A stretch of 64,000 nucleotides of DNA from the human T2T-CHM13v2.0 reference genome, Homo sapiens. This document shows positions 14,238 through 28,067 of the stretch, piece after piece; positions within the stretch are counted from its first letter, which is position 1, and each line of letters opens with the position of its first letter. The stretch lies in NCBI RefSeq assembly GCF_009914755.1, contig NC_060934.1. One strand, 5' to 3'. The notes beneath the pieces are model-generated. The model was not told the origin of the DNA. It was given only the letters and a program-made list of their open reading frames with translations, and searched no databases. The translations under genes and the position numbers were made by a program.

Positions 14238-14915
14238 TGATACAGAAGGTAGAAAGAAATCATTTATGCAGATATTGAAGGTAAAAGAGTCCTTGGCAGC
14301 TTCCCTTTTAACAAAAAGCAGCCCCCCAAATAAATTCTTTTCTAACAAAGAGCAGCCTGAAAAATTGAGCTGCAAACCTAGACAAGCAAGTTGGAAGCTT
14401 GCACGGTGGAATGCCGGCAGCTGTGCCAATAGAAAACAGCTACCTGTGGGCCAGGCATATCCAACATGGAGGCTCCATCTTCTTTTTTGTTGTTACCACA
14501 TGCACAGTAAAGAAATGGGCAACATGGTGCAGCTCAGGCAGAACTGCATAATAAAAGATTAGGTTGAGGGAGGCCAGAAATTTGCACCCTATGCAGGTGG
14601 CACATCTAGTCCTAACCAGTTTTTCACAGCCTATGCAAATGACACACCTAGTCCAACCAGTCTTTCCTACCCTGTGTAGATGAGACATCACCTCTTCACC
14701 AGCTCATCTATAAAAGCTGCTTCATTTTACTGCAGATCCAGTAACCCATTTCTCCAGGACCCCTCTCTGCAGCATCAGAGAGCAATTCTCTTTCTTTTGC
14801 CTATTAAACTTCCACTCTTAACCTCCCTCTTTGTGTGTCTGTGTCCTTGTTCTCCTTGACTGTGGCTGTGGGACAACGAACCTTGGGTGATACTCCAGAC
14901 AATGAAACTGTTTCA
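14238..14915 (+). mobile_element. ERV1 solo LTR, LTR9-family
   Basis: TGATACAG..AGAAAGAAAT..AAGAGTCC..AAAGAGCAGCCTGAAAAATTGAGCTGCA...TTTCA. TG...CA ends with a 4-bp TSD GAAA; TATAAAA near 14709 and ATTAAA near 14803. Confidence 0.85.
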
Positions 14916-15749
14916 GAAAGAGATCCCTATAATCAGGAATGATAATTTAAATAGTTAACAAGGGGAACTTAACATCAGTAACTTACTAAACAGAGCGCAT
15001 GAACTGAGTGGGAATGACAGTCAGGGATGTTCCTGCTCTGTGAAAGATTAAATTTGATGCTAGATTCCGGGAAGCTCTGGGTCATGTGAGTAGGGGTCCA
15101 TAAAAGTCAGCAGAGTAGCATAAGCCTGAAGTTCTTCAACAACAGGTTAAGAAATACTGCAGTTCTTTAATCATAGGCGGGTCTCTACCACAATGTACCA
15201 TCTGAATGTCAGCATTGGCTATAGTCCTACTTTCTATTCAAAATCTATCAAATAATTTTTTTCCTAAAATAAATTTTTTTACTTTCCACCTTAAAGGTTA
15301 TATTATTCAGGGAATAGTTTTTAGTAAATTACAGCATGTATTCTTATTATAAGGTAGAACAGCAGAGCTCAACATTACCTCACCAAAGTGTCCAAGCTAG
15401 AAACTTTCTTATTCTTCCTAATTCCTTCTGTTCAAACACATAAGCATATAAAGACATGATTAAAATAGCATAATGGTTCTTTTACTGAACTGTGAGTCGC
15501 AATTTCTGGCGTAGAAATTAAGTGTTTGACTCATCTTTTCATTGTATCATCTGGCATGGTTTTGGGATCATAGCAGATATTTAGACAATGAAAATAGATG
15601 GTTGGATTAAAATATGTGCATACATAGGCATGAGGATGGATGGATAAATCATTATCATCTATTAGTTTCACGAATCTTCATTTACACTACCTAAATGAAT
15701 AACTTCATAGAGCTACTTGGGAAGTTCTCCCCTTGCAGTTTATGGAAGA

Positions 15750-17030
15750 AGCTTTTCCTTGATCAGATAAGTATTATTTCCTTGAGTGTTTGGTAGAACA
15801 TTCGATTAAAACAGTTACCAGGGGTGTACTTTCATCTAAACATTTCAAGTCACCAATTCAATTTTGTTAATGTTTATAATACCTTTCAGATTTTCTATGT
15901 TAACTTTGAGTTCATTTTTATAAGTTAAATTTTTTACATTTGTGTTTTTTAGTGTTTACATTTTTTGGCATAAATGTATCTTATATTTTTAATCTTTTAA
16001 AAATCTTAAATATATGTTATATTTATATTAAGTCCTCTTCCCTTTCTAGTATTGTTTATTTATGTTTTCTTGTTTTCGCCCCATGGTCAATTTCACAAAA
16101 ACTTTCTCATTCTTCTTAATGTTTACAATACAAAAACTTTTAGTTTATTGAACTTCTTTATTGCATTTGTTATTTTATTATCTTCTATCATAACTATCAC
16201 TTTCTTCTTTCTTATTTCTTCCAGCTTATTTTGTTTTTCCTTTATAATTTGATTAGCTTTCTATTTAATTCTTAATTTTCAGCATTTTTGCTTCCAGTAT
16301 AAACATTAAAAATCAAACTGACTTTAGCTATATTGCATGCATTTTGATATGTGATGTTATTATTTCAATTCTAAGCATTACCTAGTTTCCATTAGAAGCT
16401 CTTCTTCAACTCAAAATTATTTAGAAGTTTATTCCTAAATATATGATATTTTATGTTATCTTGTTATTGATTTCTAGCTTAAGTGCATTGTGTTCAAAGA
16501 ACATATTCTCTATGGTACTTGTTTTTAAAAATATGTTAGAACTGGTTTTATCACTTTATATGTCATCAACTTTTATAAAACAGTACTTGGAAAGCAAAGG
16601 TGTGTTTTCCAGTTGTTAAATGCACCAATTAATATACATTGAATAGTTAAAGCTTTTAAATTATCTTAAGTCCAAATTTTATATAGCCTTATCATTTTTT
16701 TATTATTATTTTCATAGACTAACTACTGAGAGAGGTATGACAAAGTTTCTACAATCATGATATATTTATTTATTTCTCTCTGCAGTTACATTGTTTTTTC
16801 TTTATGTATATGGAAAATTATGTATTTAGACACGCACAAGTTTAAATTTTTTTTTGTCCTGGTGGAATTAGAACTTTTATCATAATACATGACCATTTTA
16901 TATCCAAATTTTTTTGTCTTAAATTCCTTGTTATCTGGTATTTATTCTTTTTTTTTGTGGGATGGGAAAGGGTTACATTTTCCTGGCATATATCTTTTAA
17001 TCTTTATTTCAAACTTTATGTTTCATGGAC
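15750..17030 (-). mobile_element. Old L1M (ORF2-region) fragment
   Basis: T-rich antisense L1 motifs such as TTATTGATTTCTAGCTTAAGTGCATTGTGTTCAAAGAACAT and ACTGAGAGAGGTATG. Confidence 0.7.
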
Positions 17031-17034
17031 TGTT

Positions 17035-17165
17035 TTTATTTGTTTTTTAAGAGATGGGTTCTTGCTACATTGCTCAGGCTGCTCTGGAACTCCTGGGCTC
17101 AAGAGATCCTCCCAACTCAGTCTCCAGAGTAGCTGGGACCAAAGGTACATACCACTATGCTTGGC
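17035..17165 (-). mobile_element. FLAM/Alu monomer
   Basis: GAGATGGGTTCTTGCTACATTGCTCAGGCTG...GAACTCCTGGGCTCAAG..TCCTCCC, a single monomer. Confidence 0.85.
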
Positions 17166-17485
17166 TTTAGATGTTGTACCCTGTTGAACCAGTCTGTAGT
17201 ACTGACTCATATATCATATTGTTTGCACATTTCAATAGCAAACCACTGTAATAAAGACTCTCTGGCCTTCTCACTCCTAAATTCTATAATCTGTTTTACA
17301 GTGTAATGGTAGTGCTTCTGGCTATGCTCAGGTAAGCTTGAATTTGAGAGAGAACTCTTCTACGAGGTATTACATATTTATTCACTTTAATGCACTCTTT
17401 ATTTCTTGTTCATCTGAGTAAGTAAAACATACATTGTGAATTCTTATGTAGGATTTAAGTAGAGTTTGAAGTTGAAAAATATATT

Positions 17486-17555
17486 AAAGCTAATTGGCCC
17501 CCAAAGGGCTCAAATCCATGATCTTAGACTCATTAGCTCTGAGCATCTAAGTAAG
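17486..17555 (-). mobile_element. Decayed tRNA-Ile-like SINE head (MamSINE1-like) or tRNA pseudogene
   Basis: The reverse strand TTAGATGCTCAGAGCTAATGAGTCTAAGATCATGGATTTGAGCCCTTTGGGGGCCAATTAGCTTT aligns to tRNA-Ile(AAT) TTAGAGCGTGGTGCTAATAACGCCAAGGTCGCGGGTTCGATCCCCGTACGGGCCA. Confidence 0.55.
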
Positions 17556-18339
17556 ACAAATACAACAATGAATCCATTATACAGCAAGAAAACAACATTA
17601 AATATTTTAAAACTTTAACTTGTTGACTTTGAAAATTGAAGAAAGGCAGAGATGCAACTTTCTTTTTAGTACTGAATTATTTATCCTTCATATTTGAATT
17701 CAAGTGATAATTCAGTGTGTACTTAGGCCTGATGTAGTTAGCATTGGCAAGTAGTTATGCATTTGTACAGTGGGCAGTATTCTGCATGTGAGCACATACA
17801 TGAATCCAGTTACCTTATCATTATCTTTCACAATTCTACATAAATTATTTTACAATCCCTTATTGTGATTACATTCTTTACTTCCCTCCTTGTTAATTTA
17901 GTACTAAGCAACTTGTATGTAATGAAAACAACACAGGTCACATGTGCAAAATTTAAGACTGTATTAGGTAGAGGGGAAAATGAAATATTGCATCACTTTT
18001 TTGCCTTATCAATGTAAATTGATAAGTGTTGTATGTATACTACTCAATGGATACTAATAAATTCTTAGCTAGGGCTTCCATGGCAGGATAATTTTCATTA
18101 GTACCCAATGCAGTGAGCAATTTTATGAACATCATGTAATGTGTGAGCATCTGTTTTCATGTTCTTCCAAAATTACCTTCAGTTGTCTGTGATTCTAGCA
18201 GTAGTTCCTCATATGTTATAGTCACAGCTGTTTTTCTGTGTCTCAGAGACATCCAGGATTTCTGAAGTTACAATCTTGATGTGTTATGACACAACACGAA
18301 GCAGTATAATGCAGTGCTTGACAGTTGTATGGGAGTAGA

Positions 18340-18570
18340 GAAAGCATTAAGAAGAGATATTAAGAGCACAGACTCTGGCATTTGGTAGCTTTGATTCCAT
18401 TTGCAGGTCTGTTACTTACATGTATTATCTAGGGCAAATTAATGAATTTATCTGTGCCAATTTTTCCTTACATGTAAAATATATTAATGCTCACCACCTA
18501 GAAAAAAAAATGAGGAAGCACATATAAAAGTCCTTGGCATAGAATAGGTGCTCAACAAATGTTAGTTTAT
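18340..18570 (+). mobile_element. MIR
   Basis: TTAAGAGCACAGACTCTGG...GGGCAAATTA...CATGTAAAAT...TAGGTGCTCAACAAATGTTAG. Confidence 0.85.
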
Positions 18571-18839
18571 ATTGCACATCTAGTTTAATTTTGTCCTTAT
18601 ATAAATCTTTTGATATATGTTGAAAGTCATATTTGGGTCTGAAATAACTAAATGTGTGGTGGTTACTTAGGAAAAGTTTCCTAGTTTTTCTGTTCTACTG
18701 ATATTTTCAATTTCAATTATTAAATATGTTACAGAATTAATAACTTTAATTGTATCTCTTTGTTAGAAGTCAATTTTTAAATAAAAATTTACAAATACGG
18801 TATACACCAATTTATAGCTTTGGTAAAGTGCCAAAAAGA

Positions 18840-19120
18840 AGTGGAGGAATGGAAAGAGACTTGTCAAGGAGTACAAAGTTACAGTTACATAGTAGAAATA
18901 AGTTCTGGTGTTCCATAGCATAGTATGATGGCTAGGGTTAACAATATATCTTTTATTACAAAATAGCTAGAAGACAGGTTTTTAATGTTCTCATCACAAA
19001 AAAAATGATAAATGTTTAAGGTGATGGATATGCTAATTACCTTGATTTAATAATTATAAAATTTATATATGTATTAAAACATGTTGTACTCCATAAATCT
19101 GTACAATTATTATGTGTCAA
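18840..19120 (+). mobile_element. L1MA 3' end fragment
   Basis: GGAGTACAAAGTTACAGTTA...AAATAGCTAGAAGA...AATGATAAATGTTTAAGGTGATGGATATGCTAATTACC. Confidence 0.85.
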
Positions 19121-20479
19121 TCTTGCACTCAAAAAATTTTACCTAAGCCTGTTGTTTTTCCTATGTGACTAAGACAAAGCAATGTTTGAGAAATATAGAA
19201 GTCTGTTAGGCTGTTTTCCGTCAGGTTGTCACATATCCTCAGAGCCTTGATACCTAATAGACATTTGTTTTTTTCTCCATGTAAGTAAAGCTTGGTTTAT
19301 TTGCTAAATTTATCCTGCTAAAACAAACTCTTTCTGTGAATTCTACAAAACACAGAGATGCTAAACTGAGGGTCTCATGTTTGCATACAGTTTGGTATTT
19401 TGGCATATGACTTATAATATGATTGGAACATACATGCAACATATAAAAGTTCTTCACAGAAGAATGGTAGGGGGTGGGTTCCTGAACACAGAACACAAAG
19501 ATTCAGCTGAATGAACATTGGTAACTGAGAAATAAACCCCTGTGATATATATGACACTGTAAATTGCTGTTAAAGCAATGTTTTTGGTCAACTCGAAAGA
19601 AATTTGTGAGACAGTTTTCTAATGGTTACTTTTATCTCTTACTCACCGAAAACATATCAATAGATAGGGAAAATATTTTCATAAAATGCTTTTCAATTTT
19701 AAATAAAAATGGTAGAAACAAATTGGTTTTTGCCATAATAAAACTCTCAAAATATTTTCTGTTGCTGAGTGTACGTTGCTTGGTCATATCAATTCACAAA
19801 TGCTTTAAAAACCTTCGTATTTTTATGTTTATATTTTCTATTTTTTATGTTCACTGTTAAACGTTTTAAAAATGAAAGGTTCTATTATTCTTTCGCAAAT
19901 GATACACATGAAATAGAGCTCAAGGATCTGACATGCTCACAATTCATGTGCTTTAAAAATAAATTTCCACAAAGCTATTATTGATCAAGGGACATTATAT
20001 TCATAATGCTGAATCATAATAGAACAGCTTTATAAAGCATTACTAGCTAATATACAACAGAAATTAATGAACACTTGCTAAAGATGATTACAAGATACTT
20101 CTGTTAAATGACACAAAAGAAAAAAAAACTGCTAGCCATCACATAAAACACTGCTATTTTTCTTTTTGTACATAAATACTTAGCTAATCAAATGGTATTT
20201 TATGTCTTAATCAAGGGGTGAACTGCTGGAAAAAAAGAAAAGAAATTTCATGTTTGTGGAAGGGATTCTTTTTACTTGTTAGTCTAACAGCTTTTTTGTA
20301 AACATAAGAATCTTACTATGAAGCACAAAATGTACAGATTTTAAAAAATGCTTTCTGTCATGATCAGTATGCAGTGCCTTAAAATCCTGTCAGTAGGAGC
20401 ATTCCTCTCTTTTTAGGAAGAGTTCTCCTGACACTTTCTTAGCCATTGGGTTATTTAGAACACCAACTATCCTTTCCTT

Positions 20480-20660
20480 GTATTCAGTATTTCTAGTCCT
20501 CACAATAACCTTTTAAAATAGGCATGTGTGTTTCTATTTTGCACATGAGAAAGTGAAAGCTCAGAGCAATGAAATTTATTGTTCCCAATCACATGGATAG
20601 CAAGAGGATTTGTGTTTCCAGTACAATCTTAACAAACTCCAAAGGCCACTTCTTTCCTCC
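20480..20660 (-). mobile_element. MIR fragment
   Basis: TCCTCACAATAACC...ATTTTGCACATGAGAAAGTGAAAGCTCAGAG. Confidence 0.75.
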
Positions 20661-22269
20661 ACACCACATTTCCTCTCTAGTGAAATCTATGGAGTACATT
20701 GTATATTAAATACAGTAGCCACGAGTTAACGAAATAATAGGAAGCAGATGAAAATAATATAGAATAGAAAAAATGGTGATATGAATGAGGAAAAGCAATG
20801 GAAAGAGGAGAGGAGAGAAGCTAGTGGTTCACATTATTATTTTTTGCCATTGACTCTTTTTCTGGAAACAGCTCTTGCCTTTGGTCTGGAGAACATCCTT
20901 CCCTGACTCAGCCTAGTAGCTTTGGGTAAGCTGATTAAAGTGCAAGCAATACATGTGGAGCACTTGATCTACAGTTATGTCAATCACATACTTCATTCAG
21001 TCATCCTTCGTTGATAGGTAAGCCATCAAAGCAAGTTAAAATCAATCTGGGAAAATCATGTGTTTGTTGAGATCAATATTTGCTTTTCCTGATGGATTTG
21101 GACTGTAAGGTGTGGAAAACTTTGGGCACTTTGCTGAGCCTCTCTGAAAATGGAGCTATCTCAAATGAGGGGGAGCTAAGAGATAAAGCTCTGTGACCCC
21201 ATTTGACCTCATTTCTGCCTGCATCTAAATCCTCATCTACACTCCGGTTCTTCAATTATAAGAATTCTTCCACTTTTTGTGTAAATCATTTTGTATTTTT
21301 CATATGTAAATGACAGCCAACATCTATATTTTGTTGATTTCTCCATTTATAGCTGGGTTTATATAATAAAATGAATATCATTCACAGGAAAATGAGTCTC
21401 TGGGAAGCAACATTCTCTCATAATTATCAAGTGACTTTGTTTTAATAATCTCTATGCTTACTGCTCCTTCTGGTAGAAATATTGATGTGAGGGGCCTTAG
21501 ATCAAAATTCTTTAGGAGGAAATTTTCACTAATCTCAGTATGTTTCACCCTGTCAGATATATCCCAGATAAAGCTTCCTCATGATCAGTAGACCATAAAT
21601 AAGTAGGGTCTTCTCTATTTCTAACGTGGCTATACATCCTGTTGTGCTTAGGGTCATGATCACTATGTATGCCTATTTTTCTAGTATAATTACTGATTGT
21701 GCCTTCTTTCATCTCAAAATGGTTCCCGGTTGCAAGATAAATTCTATACTTATATTATTGCTAACAGTCCCGATGCAGCACTGAATCATTACAACATTAA
21801 GGATGGCTATATTTTTATTTATGGTCAGATATATGTACCTAAAGTTCATGATACTTTATTATTGCTTTTTTCTTGCATACATCGTATATTGGTACTCTCA
21901 CTTTTTTTTCCTGTGGCAAAACTTTTAATTAATATACTGTTTCAGAATATCAGAAACATATATAATAATATAAATTTTCTTATATATTTAATTTTGAATC
22001 AAATGCCTTTTAATATTCAAATATGATAAAGTAAATGGCAGTGTCACAAAAGTTTTAAGGAAAATTTATAGCAATAATTTGAGAAGATAACATTTAGTTT
22101 TTTTTAAAGACTAACATTCATTGTTAGATGCCTCCGTTTCCAGCTAACATAATGTAATTGTTTAATGAGTACATAGCAAGGAAAAATAAGGAGCTGAAGA
22201 ACTAATTGTTTTTCAAAACAATATTGGAGGTGTTTCACAGAATGTTAGGCCTAGCGATCCTGATATCAG

Positions 22270-22270
<1 letters not shown>

Positions 22271-22306
<36 letters not shown>
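22271..22306. repeat. (CA)18 microsatellite
   Basis: Perfect CA run. Confidence 0.98.
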
Positions 22307-22308
<2 letters not shown>

Positions 22309-22816
22309 GAATTTCCTAACATGTTAGGTCATCAATAAATGTTCTATTTATAAACTCTCCAATATCTTTAAGGGACCACATGCTATGGTAGACCACATGG
22401 ATACCTCCTGTATCACATGAGATATCAGAAATAAAGCCACAAGTTATTATTTTATTTCTCTATTTTCTTGGCTAATTACCCTAAAACATTCCTAGTTTTT
22501 ATACTTAAGGCCCTATGTCTTATAAATCCTCTCAGTCCTAAGTATATTGATCACCCTATTGGTGACTTATCATAATGGTACCAAACATTGCAGTGTAGTA
22601 CATCAAGGAGTTGTACCAGCAAACTCTCCCTGATCTGAACCAAACGAGATAACCTGATGTTTCCATATTTTCTTCTTATTTTCAAAGTGTAAGTCTCGCT
22701 CTTTTTTTAAAACACATTTTTGACTTATAGAATTTAATTTTATGGCACGATACAGGAATCTAACTTGTCATTTAAAAAATAGCTAATTGCCCTAGAATCA
22801 TCCACAGAAAGATATA

Positions 22817-23157
22817 CAGTCATGTGTCACTTAATAAAAAGGATGCATTCTGAGAAATGCATTTTTAGGCAATTTCCTTGTTGTACGAACATTATAGAGT
22901 ATACTTACACAAGCCCAGGTGGTATAGCCTACTATATACTTAGGCTATGTGGTAAAGACTATATTTCTCCTAAGCTAAAAATCTGTACAGCATGTTACTA
23001 TACTAAATGTTGTAAGCAATTACAACACAATGGTAAGTACGTACGTATCTAAACTTAGAAAAGATACAGTGAAAAATATGATATCATGATTCTCTGGGGG
23101 CATGATCATATACACAATCTGTTGTTGACAGAAACATCATTATGTGGCACATAAATG
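22817..23157 (+). mobile_element. Tigger3a (MER7A) TcMar-Tigger MITE
   Basis: TA|CAGTCATGTGTCACTTAA...TTCTGAGAAATGC...GGTATAGCCTAC...GAAACATCATTATGTGGCACATAAATG; decayed terminal inverted repeats, ~340 bp. Confidence 0.9.
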
Positions 23158-23349
23158 GATATTTTTTCCTATGGATATAAAAATCATATATATTTGACAC
23201 TTTGTTGTTGTTAAGTTAGGTAATTAGGTACACATTTTCCATTCAGTGTTTTTTTGTTTTTTGTTTTCTACAGATTCCTCACTGGGCTTTATTTTTCTAG
23301 GTAAAATTTATAATTAGCTTGTAAATTATAAAATAAATTCCATCTGGTA

Positions 23350-23700
23350 CGTTCAAGATGTTTGTAGCAATGGCCTCATTCATAATAGTTAAAACCTGGA
23401 AACCACCCAAAGGCTCATCATCAGGATATACATTCATATAATGTGATGCTTTTCAGCAATGAAAAGAAACAAGTCCCTAATACTCATGACAACATGAATG
23501 GATCTTAAAAATGTGGAGTGAAAGAAAGCAGAAACAGATAGCACACACACACACTCACACATACATTGCACAATACATAGTGTGTGTCCAAGAACAGGCA
23601 AAATTAGTCTATGGTGACAGAATTCAGAATGTGGTTGTCTCTGGAGTGGAGGTAGGGTTACAGAACAGAGACATGAGCAGTGATGTGCTGTTGAATGTCT
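23350..23700 (+). mobile_element. L1ME-type 3' fragment
   Basis: TTCATAATAGTTAAAACCTGGAAACCACCCAAA...ACAACATGAATGGATCT...ACAGGCAAAATTAGTCTATGGTGACAGAA. Confidence 0.75.
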
Positions 23701-24203
23701 AGGCTTTAAAATATGGATATGTGTATATAAATGTTTATTAAAAATTTTACTGATATAAAAATATGTAGCAATATTTACACATAATAAAATATACAGTGCT
23801 CTTCTTTGTAAATTTCATACAGCCTGTAAACTGTTTTTGCTGATGTTTACTGTTCTCTGGTATCTGTTGATATTATTGCAATTCAACCATGGCTAGACAA
23901 ATAGAATCGTGTCGCTACCTGTTCATGTTTGTCCCAGTAAATTTATTGTCATTAAATCTGGTATTTGACCTACTGTAAATTACCACACTCTCTCATAAGA
24001 TACATTCATTAAGCTGAAATCTCATTCAGCTCCAGAATTAATTTCAAGTTACCAGTGTGATGTTTAACTGAAGGTGGAGTTAAGACAAGATACACAGTGA
24101 CACATGTATGCACGTCCTCCATAGAAGTGTAGTATATGTCAATAACCTTCACACCATAGATATGGTAAAATGTAGAAAAACAATTAGAAATCAAGAAATC
24201 TAG

Positions 24204-24568
<365 letters not shown>

Positions 24569-25102
24569 TATATAATTTAATTTTTAATTATTTCCCTGTT
24601 TAACAACATGCTTGTGAAATGCCTCAAATATTAACAATTGTTCCTGATAAGCTAGTACTAGCTAATGTCAACCTCTCTGCAGTGATAGTCATATTCTGTA
24701 ACTTGTTTTGAATAGTAGTTATATGGGTGTATTCCATTATCAAAATGTATTCAGTTTAACAGACACAAAAATACATGTCAAACTTTGTGTTAGACTTGCA
24801 TTTAATATATATCTTTTGGAAAGGTGAGAGGAGAAACAACATCTTTAAAATATTGATTCTTTTCATCCAGGATTATGATATGTCTGTCTTTTTATTTTTA
24901 TTAACGTTGTAAAATGGTATTTTTCTTTGTTCATTTTTTATTTTCTTTTTCTTAACGTGCCAGCTGGAGAACTACTAATGTATAATTATCTTTTTATCCT
25001 ACTGAGTTTTCTTTATAATTTTAAGACTCCTTGGTTGATTCCTTGATTCTCTTATCTGCCAGGTTGATTGTCATCTACAAGTAATGATAATTTTATATCT
25101 TT

Positions 25103-25104
25103 AT

Positions 25105-25164
<60 letters not shown>
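25103..25164. repeat. Compound (AC)n(AT)n microsatellite
   Basis: About 13 AC units followed by about 17 AT units. Confidence 0.97.
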
Positions 25165-25169
<5 letters not shown>

Positions 25170-25406
25170 TCCTCTCTCTTTTATTTGTTTTGGGATATTG
25201 TTTTCCCATGGTGATTTAAGTGAGAAATGTCATTCTAAAATTTGGGCATCTTGAATTGAGACCAAAGCATGAGTTAATCCTGGATGAAGCACAAATTATA
25301 GTGAAATCTTTTATCTTTGTCCATAGTTATTGATAACAATTTTTTTGATTACATTTCTTTACACATTCTTTAAATCTTTCTTAACAGACTGAATCTCAGT
25401 TTAAAC

Positions 25407-25618
25407 CAGCATAGTCCCCACAGTGCTTTCTGCAATGATGGGAAGGTTTTATACCTGTGCAGTCCATTAGGTTATTCAATGGCCCCATCAGGCTTGTGCA
25501 CAAAGTAAATGTTGCTTATGTGACCGAGGTATTAATATTGAGTATAATTTTATTTATTTTCATTTAATTTGTTTAAATAGCCACAACTGGCTAATAGCTA
25601 CTACATTAGATAATGAAG
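25407..25618. mobile_element. MER3 hAT-Charlie MITE
   Basis: CTTTCTGCAATGATGG...TTTAAATAGCCACAACTGGCTAATAGCTAC; 8-bp TSD GTTTAAAC/ATTTAAAC. Confidence 0.85.
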
Positions 25619-26363
25619 ATTTAAACACTTGTATGTGCCAAGAGGCTATTGCCAATAAGTTAAAAGCCCCTTGGTCATAGAGCCTCCATAGTAAATCTAC
25701 AACTTTAACTACAATAACCTCAGCTTTATCTTTCTCACTGCAGCTTTTACATGCACCTTTTTCAAGGATACAGTCAAGATTTTTCTTTGGTAATTATTTT
25801 GGTTTGTTTTGTACTCCTTGATAACACTGTAAACATTCTAATATCTATTTTATTCAGAATTCCCAATGCCTATGACTATATTGAAAGAGTTGTAAGAAAC
25901 GTAGTCTCTTTTCCTGCCTCCTGGAAACTGGGCTAAAATGCTGACATCAACTCATTTGGCAACTTGATATATAGGAGGTCCTCTTTTTCCTTTTATGACT
26001 ACAGATTTGGAAACATCTTCATAATAGCACAATCAAAACTCTGCCCCCTCATTAAATTTACACAAGCAAGTTATCAACAACCAGGCCTTGTCAATGAAAG
26101 ATCACTATGAAGCCATAAATGAGTATACGATTTATTGTAAAAATAAGTAAGCAGTAATCTGCTAAACTCTGGTCTTTAAAATAAAGGAAGATTTTGCCAA
26201 ATATAGATGGGCTGATTTCTAACAATTGTAAATTATTAATCCTTGATAAAGTTTCCCCTATAATTGAAAATTTTACCTTTCAGTTTACCGCACATAGTAC
26301 TGAAGCACATACCCTCTATAATAATATAAGCAAGCAAAACAAAATCCATAAATAAACAAATAC

Positions 26364-26626
26364 AGCTGGAAGTGGTGGCTCACGCCTGTAATCGCAGCAC
26401 TTTGGGAGGCTAAGGCAGGTGAATCACTTGAGTTCAGGAGTTTGAGACCAGCCTGGACAACATGGCGAAGCCCTATTTCAGCCCCTTGGGAGGCTGAGGC
26501 AAGGAGATCATTTGAGCCCAGGTTGTGGAGCTTGCAGTGAGCCAGATTGCACCACTGCACTCCAGCCTGAGCAACAGAGTGAGAGCTTGTCTCAAACAGA
26601 AACAAAAACAAAACAAAAAAACAAAA
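26364..26626 (+). mobile_element. AluJ-type with an internal deletion (middle A-rich linker missing)
   Basis: The left arm ends GCGAAGCCCTATTT and joins directly to CAGCCCCTTGGGAGGCTGAGG of the right arm. Confidence 0.9.
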
Positions 26627-26649
26627 AGTACAGGTAAATGAATATGGTC

Positions 26650-26990
26650 AGAATCTATTTTTTACTTCCTGTATCTATATCCTTTGCAATGTGACTTCAC
26701 AAATGTTCCCTCAAAAGGTGACATCTGTTTTCTTCTCTCCTTGCATAAGGGCTGTCTTTGACTAGGTGGTAGAGGCAGACAGGAAGTGAGCTAGTTCTGA
26801 GTCTGTGCTTTAAGGGTCCTTGTGTGCTTTTGCTTGACTTCTTAGAATTCTGCTCAGCCACAATGTGAAGAAATCCAGGCGACCCTGCTCCTTACATGAA
26901 GCAGAGATCAGTCATTTCAAAGCTGAGGTCGCTCTAGACCAACTAACCTTAGCTGATCCAACAGCAGATAGATGGTAAGTAGCACAGAAG
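26650..26990 (+). mobile_element. MLT1 (H/G-like) LTR fragment
   Basis: CCTTTGCAATGTGACTT...TCAAAAGGTGACATCTGTTTTC is typical of MLT1F-H. Confidence 0.6.
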
Positions 26991-26999
26991 CGTGCAAGG

Positions 27000-27610
27000 C
27001 CCTGAGTATAAGGCTCTTTGACTAGTACATAGCACACCACCTTCCATGAAGTAGGGGCTCAATAAATACTCACTGAATGAATAAGTGTTGTTCTTTTGCT
27101 TAATCTTCCACTTGCACATAGAATAAAACCCAAACCCATACCATGGCCTACAGGGCTTGCGTGATATAACTCCTGTCCTCCAACTTACAACTCATCTCAC
27201 ACTCCTTTCAGCCACATACTTCTTTACCTTTCCATTCTCACTTCTGAAGCTTTTTGTTGTTTACCCTGCCTGTTTGTGTAGTTGGAACCACATCATGACC
27301 CTATTCTCATCTTGAAAAGCAGAAAGTCATTCCCAGTGATAAGCTCAGTACAGCAAAGCCACTCCTTGGTCAATATCATGTTATTTTCTTTTCTTCTTTA
27401 GACATCTTCTTAACACTTATCCTTATTAAAACAATCTTGTTTCTTGTCTTATTGTTTTAGTATTTGTATCTTCTATTAGAGTGTAAGCTCATGAGAAGAA
27501 ACTTTTTTTTTTTGGTTATCTTCACTATTTCATAAACTGCACTTTAGCACTTAGACCAGGAAATAACACTTAGTAACAAAAGTACGTAACAAATAAATGA
27601 ACAAGCAACA
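27000..27610 (+). mobile_element. L2 3' fragments (two termini)
   Basis: GTAGGGGCTCAATAAATACTCACTGAATGAAT (~27051-27082) and TAGAGTGTAAGCTCATGAG...AAATAAATGAA. Confidence 0.7.
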
Positions 27611-28001
27611 TCTAATTTCCCCAACTGATAGATGAACAAAAACCCAATATCCTTAATTAAGTATTTTCTGGATTAATTATTGCTATAACCTCTAACATCA
27701 GAGATTGTTTCTGTAACCTAAGCTTTTAAGTTACATGCTCCCAACCCTCTATTATCATTGCATCAAATAAATTAAAAGAAAAAACCCCTTTAGAGCAAGA
27801 TAGACTAGAGCAGATAAGAGTTGTCAACTTAATTTTGTATGATTAGAAGAGGATAGCCAAGTGGCAACAGCTTAGCAAAACAAAAACCATGACATTTTGC
27901 TGTCTTGTCGGAAGATAGAAAAGAGAAAACCAATTTATGCAGCAGGATCTATTAAAAGCTTCATAACTAGAGGTTCCAGATGCCTTTAAACGATTGTGGG
28001 A

Positions 28002-28029
28002 TGTGTGTGTGTGTATGTGTGTGTGTGTT

Positions 28030-28066
<37 letters not shown>
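28002..28066. repeat. Compound (TG)n(GA)n microsatellite
   Basis: Interrupted TG run followed by a GA run. Confidence 0.95.

Positions 28067-28067
<1 letters not shown>

Noticed and set aside
19143-19496. Possible - strand coding exons (open frames such as GIKALRICDNLTEN...)
   Set aside because: Weak acceptors, no recognisable protein and AT-rich composition; compatible with chance.
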